This document shows positions 17,681 to 29,424 of a DNA stretch of 64,000 nucleotides, piece by piece. The notes beneath the pieces are model-generated. The model was not told the origin of the DNA and did not search any database. It saw only the letters and a program-made list of their open reading frames with translations. The stretch covers positions 4,256,001 through 4,320,000 of the forward strand of contig NZ_JAQNDL010000001.1 in assembly GCF_028368995.1 (NCBI RefSeq), in the 5' to 3' direction. The position numbers were made by a program, and so were the translations under genes. Each line of letters starts with the position of its first letter. Position 1 is the first letter of the stretch. This stretch comes from Nannocystis bainbridge. GTDB taxonomy: Bacteria > Myxococcota_A > Polyangia > Nannocystales > Nannocystaceae.

Positions 17681-18649
17681 GTGCGCTCGCGTCTCCTCGT
17701 TCCCGTCTTCGCTGCGCTCCTCGCCGCTGCTGCGGCCGGATGCCGACCGCCCGAGATCCTCCCGCCCTACGCGACGGGGCAGGCGCCCAGGTCCGACGCC
17801 TTGCTCGGCGCGGCGGCGCCGAAGATCTCCGCCCTTCAGGTCCCGGTCGCCAAGATCCGCATCGGTCGCGCGCCGAGCGGCAACCTCATGTTCCTGGCCC
17901 AAAAGCCAGGTCGATTCTCCGGCCAGATCCAGATCGCCGGCCACGAGTTCGTGTCGCTCGCCTTCAACGAGCGCGGCTACACCCTGCGCAACGTCGCCGC
18001 CGACAACCTCCCGGCCGGCTTCTTCGCCGGGCCCCCGGCTGACTGCGCGATCCAGCGGCTGCTCGGGGTCCCGTTCGCCGCGCGCGAGCTGGTGTCGCTG
18101 GTGCTGGGCGGCGCTCCGGTGCTCGCCCCGCCGTACGAGGTCGTGGCGCAGAGCTGGGATCCACGCCACGGCCACGAGGTCTTGCGCCTGCGCGCCCCCG
18201 GCTACGAGCAAGAGCTGCGGTTCGCCTTCGTCGACGGCGTGTGGTGGTCCGCGGGCGGCACGCTGTGGCAGCGCCGCGCCGACGGCCAGCTGGCGCGCAT
18301 GTGGTCGCTCCTGCACGAGGAGCTGCGCCCCGTCGACGGCACGGTGCTGCCGCGTCGCACCCGCCTCGCCGGTCCCAGCACCCGCCGCCAGGACCTCGTC
18401 ATCATCACCTACGGCGCCCAGGCCGTCGATCCCGACCTGGGTGGCAGCGCGGCCGTGGCCGGCGACGACGAGGCCGGCTGGGAGGACGAGGACACCGCCA
18501 GTCCGCCCGGCGATGGCGACGGCGACGAAGCACCTGTCCCCGGGGACACCTCCGCGACTCCGCCATCACCGCCCAGCGATGCAGCGATCCCCCCGCAGTT
18601 CACCCTCGACGGCGCCGGTCTGGCGCCGCGCGGCGAACTCTGCCGCTAG
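17681..18649 (+). CDS. Lipoprotein (LolB/DUF4292-like, tentative)
   Basis: GTG 17681, lipobox AAAGC; beta-rich body, acidic linker. Confidence 0.65.
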   Translation: MRSRLLVPVFAALLAAAAAGCRPPEILPPYATGQAPRSDALLGAAAPKISALQVPVAKIRIGRAPSGNLMFLAQKPGRFSGQIQIAGHEFVSLAFNERGYTLRNVAADNLPAGFFAGPPADCAIQRLLGVPFAARELVSLVLGGAPVLAPPYEVVAQSWDPRHGHEVLRLRAPGYEQELRFAFVDGVWWSAGGTLWQRRADGQLARMWSLLHEELRPVDGTVLPRRTRLAGPSTRRQDLVIITYGAQAVDPDLGGSAAVAGDDEAGWEDEDTASPPGDGDGDEAPVPGDTSATPPSPPSDAAIPPQFTLDGAGLAPRGELCR

Positions 18650-18842
18650 CCGACCCGCGGCCGGCTCGCTACCTGATCACGCCCCGCAGTTCAGCCTCGA
18701 CGGCGCCGATCTGGCGCCGCGCGGCGAACTCTGCCGCTAGCCGACCCGGGACCGGCTCGCTGCCGATCGCGCCCCCGCAATTCACCCTCGACGGCGCCGG
18801 TCTGGCCCCGCGCGACGAAATCTGCCGCTAGCCGACCCGCGG
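18591..18842. repeat. Three 91-bp tandem copies of the lipoprotein gene 3' end
   Basis: Stops end at 18649, 18740, 18831; peptides PQFTLDGAGLAPRGELCR*, PQFSLDGADLAPRGELCR*, PQFTLDGAGLAPRDEICR*. Confidence 0.92.
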
Positions 18843-18924
18843 CCCGATCAAGGGGTAGCCCCGCGAGCTGTCTCTCGGCGCATGCTCCGAAGGGCATGTC
18901 CTTCGGAGCATGTCCCTTCGGCCA

Positions 18925-20115
<1,191 letters not shown>

Positions 20116-20311
20116 GGGCTCTACTATACGCAGATCGCGTCGCGCGCGGCAAAACTGCTGCCGTCTTCAGGCCCCACCCGCAGCGCGATTTCGCACACAT
20201 TCCGCGCGCGGCTCACGCGGGTCGGCGAGCGAGCGAACCACGTTTCACGAGGATCGCCTGACCATGACGACATGGTCTTTGCGCCCGGCGGCTCGCCGGC
20301 TTGCGAGTGGT

Positions 20312-21067
20312 TCAGCGCGAAACGACGGCGCGCGCCGGCTCGTCCGGTTCGTCGAGGAACTCGCGGACCGCGGCATAGAACGGCTGGGCGATGACCAGCG
20401 AAGAGTGACCGCCCGGTAACACGACGTAATCGTTCTCGCGGTCGACGCCCTCGATCGGCCCGGGGTCAGGGCACAGCGCGTCGGCGTCGGCGTGGATCTG
20501 CCGCAGCCGCACGCCCGCCGGCAGCGGGGCCCCGCGCAGGTCCTTGAGGAACCGGCTGCCGGGACGGACCTGCCACACCGAAGCGCTGACGAGCCCGATC
20601 GTCGCCATGCCCGCGAGCGACATCCACGTCCCGCCGAGCGGCGTGCCCATCAACGCCAGCCGGCGCACGTGCCGGTGCGCTTGCAGGAACTTGACCGCGT
20701 GCAGCGAGACCAGCCCACCCATGCTGAAGCCGACCACGTCGACGCGATCGATCTCGAGGCTCTCCGTCAGCCCGCGCAGCTTGACCGCCAGCTCCTCGGC
20801 CGACCGCGTCAGCGAACCGAGCTGCAACATCCCGTGGTGGTAGCTGAACACCACCTTGCCGTCCGACTGCAGGCGCCGGGTCAGCGGCAACATCGTCCCG
20901 CGCGTGCCGAGGAACCCGTGCACCAGCACCACCGGCCGGCTGCCGGGCTCGACCCAGGACATGTCTCCGGCGACCCGATTGCCGCGCAGGAGGTGACGCG
21001 CGTAGCCAAAGCCGTGGCTGATCGTCTCCGTCGCGTGCTGGATCATCCCTCGCTGTCGCTTCGCCAC
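20312..21067 (-). CDS. Alpha/beta-hydrolase (lipase/esterase)
   Basis: VVLVHGF, VGFSMGG nucleophile elbow, GTPLGGT, GGHSSL. Confidence 0.88.
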   Translation of the reverse strand: MAKRQRGMIQHATETISHGFGYARHLLRGNRVAGDMSWVEPGSRPVVLVHGFLGTRGTMLPLTRRLQSDGKVVFSYHHGMLQLGSLTRSAEELAVKLRGLTESLEIDRVDVVGFSMGGLVSLHAVKFLQAHRHVRRLALMGTPLGGTWMSLAGMATIGLVSASVWQVRPGSRFLKDLRGAPLPAGVRLRQIHADADALCPDPGPIEGVDRENDYVVLPGGHSSLVIAQPFYAAVREFLDEPDEPARAVVSR

Positions 21068-21153
21068 TGCTTCCTACCTTAGCAGCACGAGGGGGCCGGA
21101 CCGCAAGACTCGGCGCCGCGCGCGGAGGTCGTACACGTGTCCGCCGCTCGGGC

Positions 21154-22002
21154 TCAGCGCGAGCGATCGGGGCGCGACAGGGCCAGCGCGGGCGTCGGCG
21201 ACTCGGGCAGCATGCCGCGGAACACCTCGTCGCGCCCGCCGGTCCCGAGCGCCAGGCAGCGGGCGCGCGCCTCACTGGCCAGGCGCGTGCCCGGGAACGA
21301 CTGCATCGCCTGCTCGTAGCGCGCGACCGCCTGCTTGCGCTCGCCCACCTGCTCGTACGCCTGCCCGAGGTGGAACAGGTAGACCACGCGCGCAGGGTTG
21401 TAGCCGAGCGACTCGAGCCCGTGCTCGAGCAGCGCCGCCGCCTCGCCGGCCCGACCCATGCGGGCCAGGCACAGGCCCTCGAGCGCGTTCCAGGCCTGGG
21501 CCACGGTCGGCTGGTAGGCCGGCGGGACGAAGCGCAGGCAGGCGTCGCGGTCGCCGCGGATCTTCGCCAACAACTCGGCCGAGGCCGGTTCGGCGACGCA
21601 GGCGATCTCGTGCCGACCGAACGCCGCGAGCGCCTGCAGATGCGGCGACAGCTTGGTCGAGCTGTCGTCGTAGAGCGCACCGGCTTCTTCGAGCCGCCAC
21701 TCGGCCACCAGCAGCCCGCCGAGCTGCGCCCGCGCCAGCCACTGCCGCTCCACGCTCACCGCCTCGCCCGCGGCCGCCAGCGCGAGCTCGCGCCGCAGGT
21801 GTTGCTCGATCTCTCGGTGCCGCCCGGTAGCGATCGCGCGCCGCAGCACCTCCGCCTCCAGCATCGCTCGCCGTCGCCGGTCGCGCCCCACCAGCCACGC
21901 GCCGAGCGACATGCTGAACACCAGCGCCGCGATCGCCGTGACCTCGCCGGAGCAGCCGGGCAGCAGCACCAGGGTCGGCAGGAAGAACCACGCGCCTCGC
22001 AC
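21154..22002 (-). CDS. Membrane-anchored TPR protein
   Basis: Likely GTG start 22002; TM helix; C-terminal TPR (YLFHLGQAYEQVGERKQAVARYEQAMQSFPGT). Confidence 0.7.
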   Translation of the reverse strand: MRGAWFFLPTLVLLPGCSGEVTAIAALVFSMSLGAWLVGRDRRRRAMLEAEVLRRAIATGRHREIEQHLRRELALAAAGEAVSVERQWLARAQLGGLLVAEWRLEEAGALYDDSSTKLSPHLQALAAFGRHEIACVAEPASAELLAKIRGDRDACLRFVPPAYQPTVAQAWNALEGLCLARMGRAGEAAALLEHGLESLGYNPARVVYLFHLGQAYEQVGERKQAVARYEQAMQSFPGTRLASEARARCLALGTGGRDEVFRGMLPESPTPALALSRPDRSR

Positions 22003-22101
22003 CTCTTCACCATAGCGCGACGCGACCGCCTCGCGCAGGCGTGCGAATTTTTTTGCCCGCCGTGCAAAAGAAGGCCGGCTCGCATCGACCTCAGGGGGAC
22101 C

Positions 22102-23274
22102 ATGTCGCACGTCCCGCCTGATCTTGCCTCACGCCCGCGCCGGTCGGCGTCGCTCTCGACCCGTTCGCCCGCACCTGCCGCCGGCCCCTCCTCGCTCGCA
22201 GTCGGCCCTCTGCCCGCGCCGCCGGAGGCGCGAGCCTCGGCCCCGGCCTCGCGGAGATCGGCCGGCCTCGCAGCGACCTCGACCTCCCGCGCGCGACGGC
22301 TCGCTGCGCGCTCGCTCGTCCACGCGCGACGGTCTGCCGCGGGCGCCTCGACGCGAGCCACGACCTCGGCTCGATGCCTCGCTGCCGCCCCCGCGCGCGT
22401 CGCCTCCGCGCGTGCCGTCACAGAACGGGCCGACGCGAAATCACCACTCGCCAGCTCTCCCGCCTCGCGCTCGCGACCTGCTCGCCTCTCGAGCGCCTCG
22501 CCTGCCGCCAACACCACGCCTCCCACCGGCTTGCTCTCATCGACGCATCCCGGCGTCGCCGCCCCGCCAACGCGCCTCGCCGGCGTGCGGTCGCGGCCCG
22601 CCAGGCCCGACTGCGCCGTCCCGGCCTTGCGCGCCTTGCTCGTCGATCCTGGCCAGTGTGCCCGTCATCCTGGCGCTCTCGCCCGCGAGCTCGCCCCCGG
22701 GTTGTGCGAGCTCGTCGCCTGTATCGCGCCGGACGGTCGCTGCGAGATCGCCGATCGCCGTGACCTCGCCGCCACCGGGCTCGGTCCTGCCGGTCTGTTT
22801 CATCGCGCGCGCCTCGGCACCTGCAGCGAGCGCCTCGAGTTCGCGCTCGCGGCTCCCTCCGAAGGTGTCCATGCGTACATGCTCGGAGGGCCAGGTCGGG
22901 TCGACACCGCCGCCGCCGTGCTCGAGCTCGAGGCGCTGCTCGGACAGCCGCCTGGGCCGGTGGGCACCGTCGTCGCCTTCCCCGCCCGCGGCACCGCCCT
23001 GTTCATCGCCCCTGGCGCCCGCCGCCTGCGGCGCTCGCTGGTCGCCTGGGGCCTGCGACAGTTCTGGTGCGCCGAGCCCGAGGCCGCCCCGGTCAGCGTC
23101 GGCGACACCCTCCGCTTCATGGCCGGCTGGGCCCGCGACGCCTATCGCACCCTCCCCGGCCCGATCTCCCCTCTGCTCTACTGGCACCATCAGGGCAAGC
23201 TCAGCGTGCTCGGCGACCTCGGCCTCTCGCACCTGCCCCGCGAGCTGGCCCGGCTGGTCCTCGCCAGCGCCTGA
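22102..23274 (+). CDS. Hypothetical protein with low-complexity N-terminus
   Basis: GGGGGA before ATG 22102; C-terminal half looks globular (PGPISPLLYWHHQGKL); start uncertain. Confidence 0.5.
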   Translation: MSHVPPDLASRPRRSASLSTRSPAPAAGPSSLAVGPLPAPPEARASAPASRRSAGLAATSTSRARRLAARSLVHARRSAAGASTRATTSARCLAAAPARVASARAVTERADAKSPLASSPASRSRPARLSSASPAANTTPPTGLLSSTHPGVAAPPTRLAGVRSRPARPDCAVPALRALLVDPGQCARHPGALARELAPGLCELVACIAPDGRCEIADRRDLAATGLGPAGLFHRARLGTCSERLEFALAAPSEGVHAYMLGGPGRVDTAAAVLELEALLGQPPGPVGTVVAFPARGTALFIAPGARRLRRSLVAWGLRQFWCAEPEAAPVSVGDTLRFMAGWARDAYRTLPGPISPLLYWHHQGKLSVLGDLGLSHLPRELARLVLASA

Positions 23275-23532
23275 GTCGGTGCGAGACTTGTTACACATTC
23301 GCCACGCCATCATCTGTCCTTCGGGACATCTCTTGCCAGCGATGATTCCGCGTCCTCGCAAGCGCGGATCGTCCGCTCTGCATCGAGCAGTCGCCTCACT
23401 CGCATCGGGTCTCGCAAGCCGAGCACGTTCATCGGCATCAACCCTCCGGGGGTGCGCTCACGGCAGCGGCGGTCCGCGCGCCGCCCCGTCTCCTCCTGCC
23501 GCACCGGCCTTCGCCTGCTAGGCTCCTCGCCC

Positions 23533-24576
23533 GTGCCGCGTCCCGTCGACAACCCGCCGAACCCGTGGCTATCGACCCACGTCGAGTACTTCGGCGAGCC
23601 CCCGCCTGCGGGCCTCGAGGTGTTCGAGGAGGAAGCGCGCAGCGTCGTCGCCAGCAACGACAGCCCGGACATCCCGTTTCGCCACAGCGTCAACCCTTAC
23701 CGTGGCTGCTATCACGGCTGCGCCTATTGTTACGCCCGGCCCTCGCACCAGTACCTCGGCTGGGGCGCCGGCACCGACTTCGAGCGCAAGATCGTCGTCA
23801 AGGTCAACGCCCCTACCCTGCTGCGGCAGTTCCTCGCCCGCCCCAAATGGAACCGCGACCTGCTCGCCTTCAGCGGCGTCACCGACTGTTATCAACCGCT
23901 CGAGGCCCACTACGGCCTCACCCGCGGCTGCCTCGAGGCTTGCCTCGAGTTCGCCAACCCGGTCGGCATCATCACCAAGGGCCCGCTGGTCGCCCGCGAC
24001 GTCGACCTCCTCGTCGAGCTGAACCGCCGCGCCAGCGTCTCGGTCACGATCAGCATCCCCTTCATCGACGACGCCATGGCCCGGCGGATCGAGCCCTCGG
24101 TCGCGCGGCCGTCGAAGCGACTCCAGGCGCTCGCCACCCTGAGCGCTGCCGGGATCCGCACCGGCGTCGGCGTCGCCCCCGTGATCCCCGGCCTCAACGA
24201 CAGCCAGATCCCCCAGATCCTCGCGCGCGCCCGCGAGTGCGGCGCGCAGAACGCCTTCCTCACCCTGCTGCGCCTCCCGGCCGAGGTCTTGCCGGTGTTC
24301 GACGCTCGCCTCAAAGAGGCCGAGCCGCTGCGTCACGCCCATGTGCTCTCGGCCATCCGCGACGTCCGCCGCGGCGCCATGAACAGCGCCCAGTTCGGCC
24401 AGCGCATGCAGGGCGAGGGCCCGCGCTGGCAGGCCATCGAGCAGCTGTTCACGGTCCACGCCCGCCGCCTCGGTTTTAATATCGATCCGCCGCAGATGCC
24501 GGCCCAGGCCACCATGCGCGCCGAACCTGTCCCCAAGGTCAGGCCCCGGCAGCGCTCCCTCTTCGGCGACGACTGA
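23533..24576 (+). CDS. PA0069/Rv2578c-type radical SAM protein (SPL-like)
   Basis: SVNPYRGCYHGCAYCYARP (CxxxCxxC), SGVTDCYQPLE, IITKG, APVIPGLND; C-terminal QRSLF. Confidence 0.93.
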   Translation: MPRPVDNPPNPWLSTHVEYFGEPPPAGLEVFEEEARSVVASNDSPDIPFRHSVNPYRGCYHGCAYCYARPSHQYLGWGAGTDFERKIVVKVNAPTLLRQFLARPKWNRDLLAFSGVTDCYQPLEAHYGLTRGCLEACLEFANPVGIITKGPLVARDVDLLVELNRRASVSVTISIPFIDDAMARRIEPSVARPSKRLQALATLSAAGIRTGVGVAPVIPGLNDSQIPQILARARECGAQNAFLTLLRLPAEVLPVFDARLKEAEPLRHAHVLSAIRDVRRGAMNSAQFGQRMQGEGPRWQAIEQLFTVHARRLGFNIDPPQMPAQATMRAEPVPKVRPRQRSLFGDD

Positions 24577-24849
24577 CTCGCCGGGAGCGCCGCACCACCT
24601 GTCCCGAAGGTCAGGCCGCGACGCTCTTACTTCGATCACCATCGGTCCGCGCACGACCTGCCCCCGAGGACAGGCTCATCGATCGCTCGGCGATGACCTG
24701 CCTTTCGCCTTACCTGTCCCCAGAGACATACACGTGGATCACCGCTCTGGGCGACGTCCACCCTGCTCCGGCGAAGTCATCAACCTCGAGGACAGGCAGA
24801 CCTCTTTGGTGCGCCTTTTTATAAGCGTCCCGAGCACAGGTCGCGCGCA

Positions 24850-25890
24850 TCAGCCCCAGCGGGCTCGCACGATCCAGAACCCTGGCACCTCGTGCGTCTC
24901 GATCTGCGCGCGCATGTCCTTCAGCACCTGCACCAGCCGACCCGAGCGGTTGACCACGAACCACGCCTCTCCGCCCGGGCGCAGCCAGTGCGGCAGCGGC
25001 TTCACCAGCGCCGCGAACGCCTCGGGCGGCGCGTGCGTCGGCGGATTGACCAGCGCCAGCTCGACCGTCCCGCGCCACGGGTGACTCGCCGGCAGCCCGT
25101 CCGACACCAGCGCCTCCACGCGCTCGCAGCCGAGGCGCCTCGCGTTCTCGCGGACCAGGTCCGCCGCGATCACGTTGCTCTCGACCGCCAGCACATGCGC
25201 TTTCGGCCAGGTCTTGGCCGCCCACAGCCCCAGCGGACCGATGCCTGCTCCGAGGTCGAGCACCCGGCGCGGCATCGCTGGTTCGGCCGCCGCCAGCGCC
25301 GTCAGCAGCGCGCGCGTGCCGTCGTCGAGGTGTTTGCGGCAGAACACCCCCGGCGCCGAGACCAGCGGCACCTCGCCGAGCAGTGGTTCGGCGATCTCGT
25401 GGCGCACTGCCAGCAGCTCGGCGGCTGCCTGCGCGTCGAACCGCTCGGTCTTCTCGGCCGCCAGCAGGTGGTAGCCGCGGTCGCGCTCCACCGTCTCGCA
25501 CGAGCCGAGCAGCGCCGCGATCGTGCGGGCCAGCGAGGCCGCGCCTTTGTCCTTGCGGACGGCGCACAGCAGGCGTCCGCCGGGCAGCAGCACCGAAGCT
25601 GCGAGGGCCAGGCAGGCCTCGGAGAAGTCCTTGCCGAGGTGCGCGCGCGGCCACACCACGGCGGCGCGGAAGCGCGGCGTGATGTCGACCGCCCACGGTG
25701 CGACGAGCGCCGCCGGTTCTTCCGCAGACTGCTCGCGGACATCGAGGGCCCAGCGCGTCGCCCCCGGGCGCAGACCGGGCAGCGGCCCGCCGTACACCAG
25801 CGCCAGCGCTTGCGGCGGCAGGTCTTGAACTGCCTGGGCGAGCAGGCGCACGCCCGGGTCCGAGGGATTAAAGAGGTTCTCGCCCTGCAC
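24850..25890 (-). CDS. RsmC/RlmG-like class I SAM methyltransferase
   Basis: PGVFCRKHLDDGTRALL, VLDLGAGIG, VNPPTH; two-domain layout. Confidence 0.8.
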   Translation of the reverse strand: MQGENLFNPSDPGVRLLAQAVQDLPPQALALVYGGPLPGLRPGATRWALDVREQSAEEPAALVAPWAVDITPRFRAAVVWPRAHLGKDFSEACLALAASVLLPGGRLLCAVRKDKGAASLARTIAALLGSCETVERDRGYHLLAAEKTERFDAQAAAELLAVRHEIAEPLLGEVPLVSAPGVFCRKHLDDGTRALLTALAAAEPAMPRRVLDLGAGIGPLGLWAAKTWPKAHVLAVESNVIAADLVRENARRLGCERVEALVSDGLPASHPWRGTVELALVNPPTHAPPEAFAALVKPLPHWLRPGGEAWFVVNRSGRLVQVLKDMRAQIETHEVPGFWIVRARWG

Positions 25891-26288
25891 GGCGCGGAGG
25901 GATAACAGCGGGGCGCCTGGCGCGCAATTCAGCTCATGTGATGCGCGTCGTCCCGGGCTTCGCCCGCGTCAGCGCACGCCCGACCGCGCCCCTCACGAAA
26001 CGGCCCTGGAGCGGCCCTTGAAGGACCGTTGCCGGCGCCTGCGGTCGTCATTGATCGCGGGCTCCCTGGCAAATCCGGCCGATTGCGCGATTGGGGGTGG
26101 ACCCGCGAAACGCCCCGTGTTAAAGCACCTGCGGACCCTCCGCCGGCCTGGCGTGTATTCGCCGCGGTCGTCGTGGGGCCCATGTGCTTGTTGGAGCTCT
26201 CGGCGACCCCCTTCCGCGGGTTGTCGCGCGGGTCCGGCTACCGAGGCGTGGCCGACCGTGTCTGCCCCGTCATCGTCCCAGGATCTGC

Positions 26289-29200
26289 GTGTCCACACTC
26301 GAAGCGTTCCTCCCCCTGTTCGAGCCGGAGTCGCTGGCGAAAATTGCCAGCAAGAAGGCCTACGCCGCCGGCGTCGAGCTGTTCGAGGCCAAGGCCGTCA
26401 GCGACATCGTGTTCGCCGGCAACTGTCTCAAGGGCAAGATCAAGGGCACGCACTCGCAGCCGCACGCGGCCACCATCAAGCTGCTCGAGTCGGGCGCGGT
26501 CGAGGCCGTTTGTGACTGCCCGACCTTCACGGACGGCTGGGAGAGGTTCTGCCACCACGCGGTCGCGCTGGCGCTCGCGCTGCGCAAGCAGTACCAGGCC
26601 GGCGGCGAGATCACGCTGACGCAGAACCCGTGGACCGCCGACGTCGCGGGCACCGGCGCCAACGCGCAGCGCTACACCATCGAGGCCCGGCGCGGCAATT
26701 GGCACGTCATGGCCTTCCGCGGCGGCGGCACGCCCGTCGTCAGCCGGCGCCGCTACGAGGGCATGAGCCCGGCCGACCGCGTCATCCATCATTACCTCTC
26801 GCAGGAGGTCGACGACGCCGACGACGGCGGCCACGTCATCGACGACATGGCGCTCTCGGGCCTCCTCTACTTCGCCCGCGGCGGCAGCACCGTCAGCCTC
26901 AAGGGCGTCGGCAAGCTGCAGTTCGCCGCCGAGCCGCTGACCCTGCGCGTGCGCGCCGAGCCGCGCCCCGGCGACAACAGCGTCGTCCTCCACGCCTTCC
27001 TCGAGCAGCGCAGCACCGGCCGCGACCTCGAGGTCCCTTCCGGTCGCGTCATCGTCGGCGCGCCGACCTGGTTCCTCCTGCACGAGACCGCCGAGGTCTT
27101 CCTCGTCCCCGACACTCCGCCGTGGGTGCTCGAGGCCGTCGCCAAGCAGCCGCGCATCGTCATGGACGCCCGCGTCAGCGCCCAGGCCATGGACGACCTC
27201 AGCGAGTCGCTCAAGACCGCCGGCGTCCCCCACCAGGACCTGTTCGCCCTCGCCTCCGACTCGCGCAAGATCGACGCCATCATCGCCACCGTCGAGGGCG
27301 ATGCCACGCAGATCAAGGTCGCGCTGGCCGCCCGCTACGGCAACGCCACCATCGGCATCACCGGCAGCGAGCCCGAGTCGGCCCGCTACACCATCAACCT
27401 CGGCGACCAGCCGCTCAGCTTCTACCGCGACCTCGAGGGCGAGGCCGCCGCGCGCAAGACGCTGACCGACCTCAACCTCAAGTACAACCCCGACGCCGAC
27501 GGCTTCATCGCCACCGGCGACGCCGCCGTCGAGTTTACGATCGTCGGCATCCCGCTGCTGCCCGAGACCTGGGAGAAGCGCGTGCCGCAGCTCCCGCGCG
27601 TGCGCAGCAAGTCGCCGACCCCGCGGCTGGCCGTGCGCAGCAAGGAGGGCAGCGTGCTCGACCTCGACGCGATCGTCGACGTCGAGGGCGAGGACGACCT
27701 GATCTCCTTCCGCGACCTCCTGCGCTGGCTGCACGAGGGTCGGCGGTGGATCACCCTCGCCGACGGCTCGGTCGCCAAGCTCGACCCGCAGATCCTCCAG
27801 CCGATCGCCGACGCCGCCGGCGCGATCGAGTTCGACAAGAAGGGCCACGCCGAGATCAGCACGCTCGAGCTCGGCACCTTGACCCGCCTGCTCGGCGCCG
27901 TGCCCTCGGCCGACGTCGCCAAGGAGGTCAAGCGCCTGATGGAGAACATGACCGGCGAGCGCTCGGCCAAGGCGCCCAAGCGGGCCAAGACGCTCACCGC
28001 CAAGCTGCGCGAGTACCAGCGCTCCGGCTTCGCGTGGTTGTGGCAGCTCCACGAGAACCAGATGACCGGCATCCTGGCCGACGACATGGGCCTCGGAAAG
28101 ACGGTCCAGGCGCTGGCGCTGCTGACGAAGGCCAAGGAGGAGGAGGGCGACCAGCCGACGCTGATCGTCTGCCCGACCTCGGTGCTCAGCGTGTGGAAGC
28201 AGGAGGTCGAGAAGTGGGCCCCGAGCCTGCGCCTCACCACCTGGCACGGCGCTGACCGGGCCGAGAACCGGCGCATGCTCAAGAAGGCGGACATCGTCGT
28301 CACCACCTACGCCATCTTGCGCCGCGACATCGACGAGCTGAGCAAGATCCGCTGGCGCTACGCCATCCTCGACGAGGCGCAGTACATCAAGAACTGGGCC
28401 ACCACCACCGCCAAGAGCGCCAAGCAGCTGACCGCCGACCACCGCCTCGCGCTGTCGGGCACCCCGGTCGAGAATCACCTGGCCGACCTGTGGGCCATCT
28501 TCGATTTCCTCGCGCCCAACTTCCTCGGCAAGCTGTCCGACTTCCAGAAGAACTACGTCCGCCCGATCGAGGAGAACGACGGCAAGACGCTCGAGGCCCT
28601 GCGCGCGCGCATCCGGCCGTTCGTCATGCGCCGCAAGAAAGAGGACGTGGCCCAGGAGCTGCCGCCGAAGACCGAGCAGACGCTGTTCGTGCAGTTCAGC
28701 CGCAGCCAGCTCGGCCTCTACAACCGGATCCTCAAGACCGCCAAGGACGAGATCAAGGGCCGCATCGAGGAGGTCGGGCTCGAGAAGTCGCAGATGACGA
28801 TCCTCGCCGCGCTCACGCGCCTGCGCCAGGTCTGCTGCGACCCGCGCCTGCTCGGCCTGCCCGACGCCTCGACCTTGCCGCCGTCGGCCAAGCTCGAGGC
28901 CTTCAAGGAGCTCATGGCCGACTGCGTCGGCTCGGGCCGCAAGGTCCTGGTGTTCTCACAGTTCGTCGAGATGCAGAAGCTGCTCGGCGACGCCCTCAAC
29001 GAGCTGAAGATCCCCTACCTCTGGCTGCACGGCGGGACCAAGAACCGCGAGGAGCTGGTCCTGCAGTTCCAGACCAAGTCCGGCCCGCCCGTGTTCCTCA
29101 TCTCGCTCAAGGCCGGCGGCTCCGGCCTCACCCTCACCGAAGCGGACACCGTCGTCCACTTCGACCCGTGGTGGAACCCCGCCGTCGAGGACCAGGCCAC

Positions 29201-29417
29201 CGACCGCGCCCACCGCATCGGCCAGGACAAGCCCGTCATGGTCTACCGGCTGGTCTGCGAGGACACCGTCGAGCAGAAGATGGTCGAGCTCGGGGCCCGC
29301 AAGCGCGAGGTCGCCGAGAGCGCGCTCGGCCGCGACGTGACCGCCGGCAAGAAGCTGACGATCGAAGACGTCGAGGCGCTGCTCGAGACCCCGAGCGCTG
29401 CCACCTGGGATCAGTGA
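26289..29417 (+). CDS. SWIM zinc-finger + SNF2-family helicase
   Basis: CDCP...FCHH SWIM; LADDMGLGKT, LDEAQ, LSGTPVEN, LISLKAGGSGL, QATDRAHRIGQ. Confidence 0.95.
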   Translation: MSTLEAFLPLFEPESLAKIASKKAYAAGVELFEAKAVSDIVFAGNCLKGKIKGTHSQPHAATIKLLESGAVEAVCDCPTFTDGWERFCHHAVALALALRKQYQAGGEITLTQNPWTADVAGTGANAQRYTIEARRGNWHVMAFRGGGTPVVSRRRYEGMSPADRVIHHYLSQEVDDADDGGHVIDDMALSGLLYFARGGSTVSLKGVGKLQFAAEPLTLRVRAEPRPGDNSVVLHAFLEQRSTGRDLEVPSGRVIVGAPTWFLLHETAEVFLVPDTPPWVLEAVAKQPRIVMDARVSAQAMDDLSESLKTAGVPHQDLFALASDSRKIDAIIATVEGDATQIKVALAARYGNATIGITGSEPESARYTINLGDQPLSFYRDLEGEAAARKTLTDLNLKYNPDADGFIATGDAAVEFTIVGIPLLPETWEKRVPQLPRVRSKSPTPRLAVRSKEGSVLDLDAIVDVEGEDDLISFRDLLRWLHEGRRWITLADGSVAKLDPQILQPIADAAGAIEFDKKGHAEISTLELGTLTRLLGAVPSADVAKEVKRLMENMTGERSAKAPKRAKTLTAKLREYQRSGFAWLWQLHENQMTGILADDMGLGKTVQALALLTKAKEEEGDQPTLIVCPTSVLSVWKQEVEKWAPSLRLTTWHGADRAENRRMLKKADIVVTTYAILRRDIDELSKIRWRYAILDEAQYIKNWATTTAKSAKQLTADHRLALSGTPVENHLADLWAIFDFLAPNFLGKLSDFQKNYVRPIEENDGKTLEALRARIRPFVMRRKKEDVAQELPPKTEQTLFVQFSRSQLGLYNRILKTAKDEIKGRIEEVGLEKSQMTILAALTRLRQVCCDPRLLGLPDASTLPPSAKLEAFKELMADCVGSGRKVLVFSQFVEMQKLLGDALNELKIPYLWLHGGTKNREELVLQFQTKSGPPVFLISLKAGGSGLTLTEADTVVHFDPWWNPAVEDQATDRAHRIGQDKPVMVYRLVCEDTVEQKMVELGARKREVAESALGRDVTAGKKLTIEDVEALLETPSAATWDQ

Positions 29418-29424
29418 GGACACC

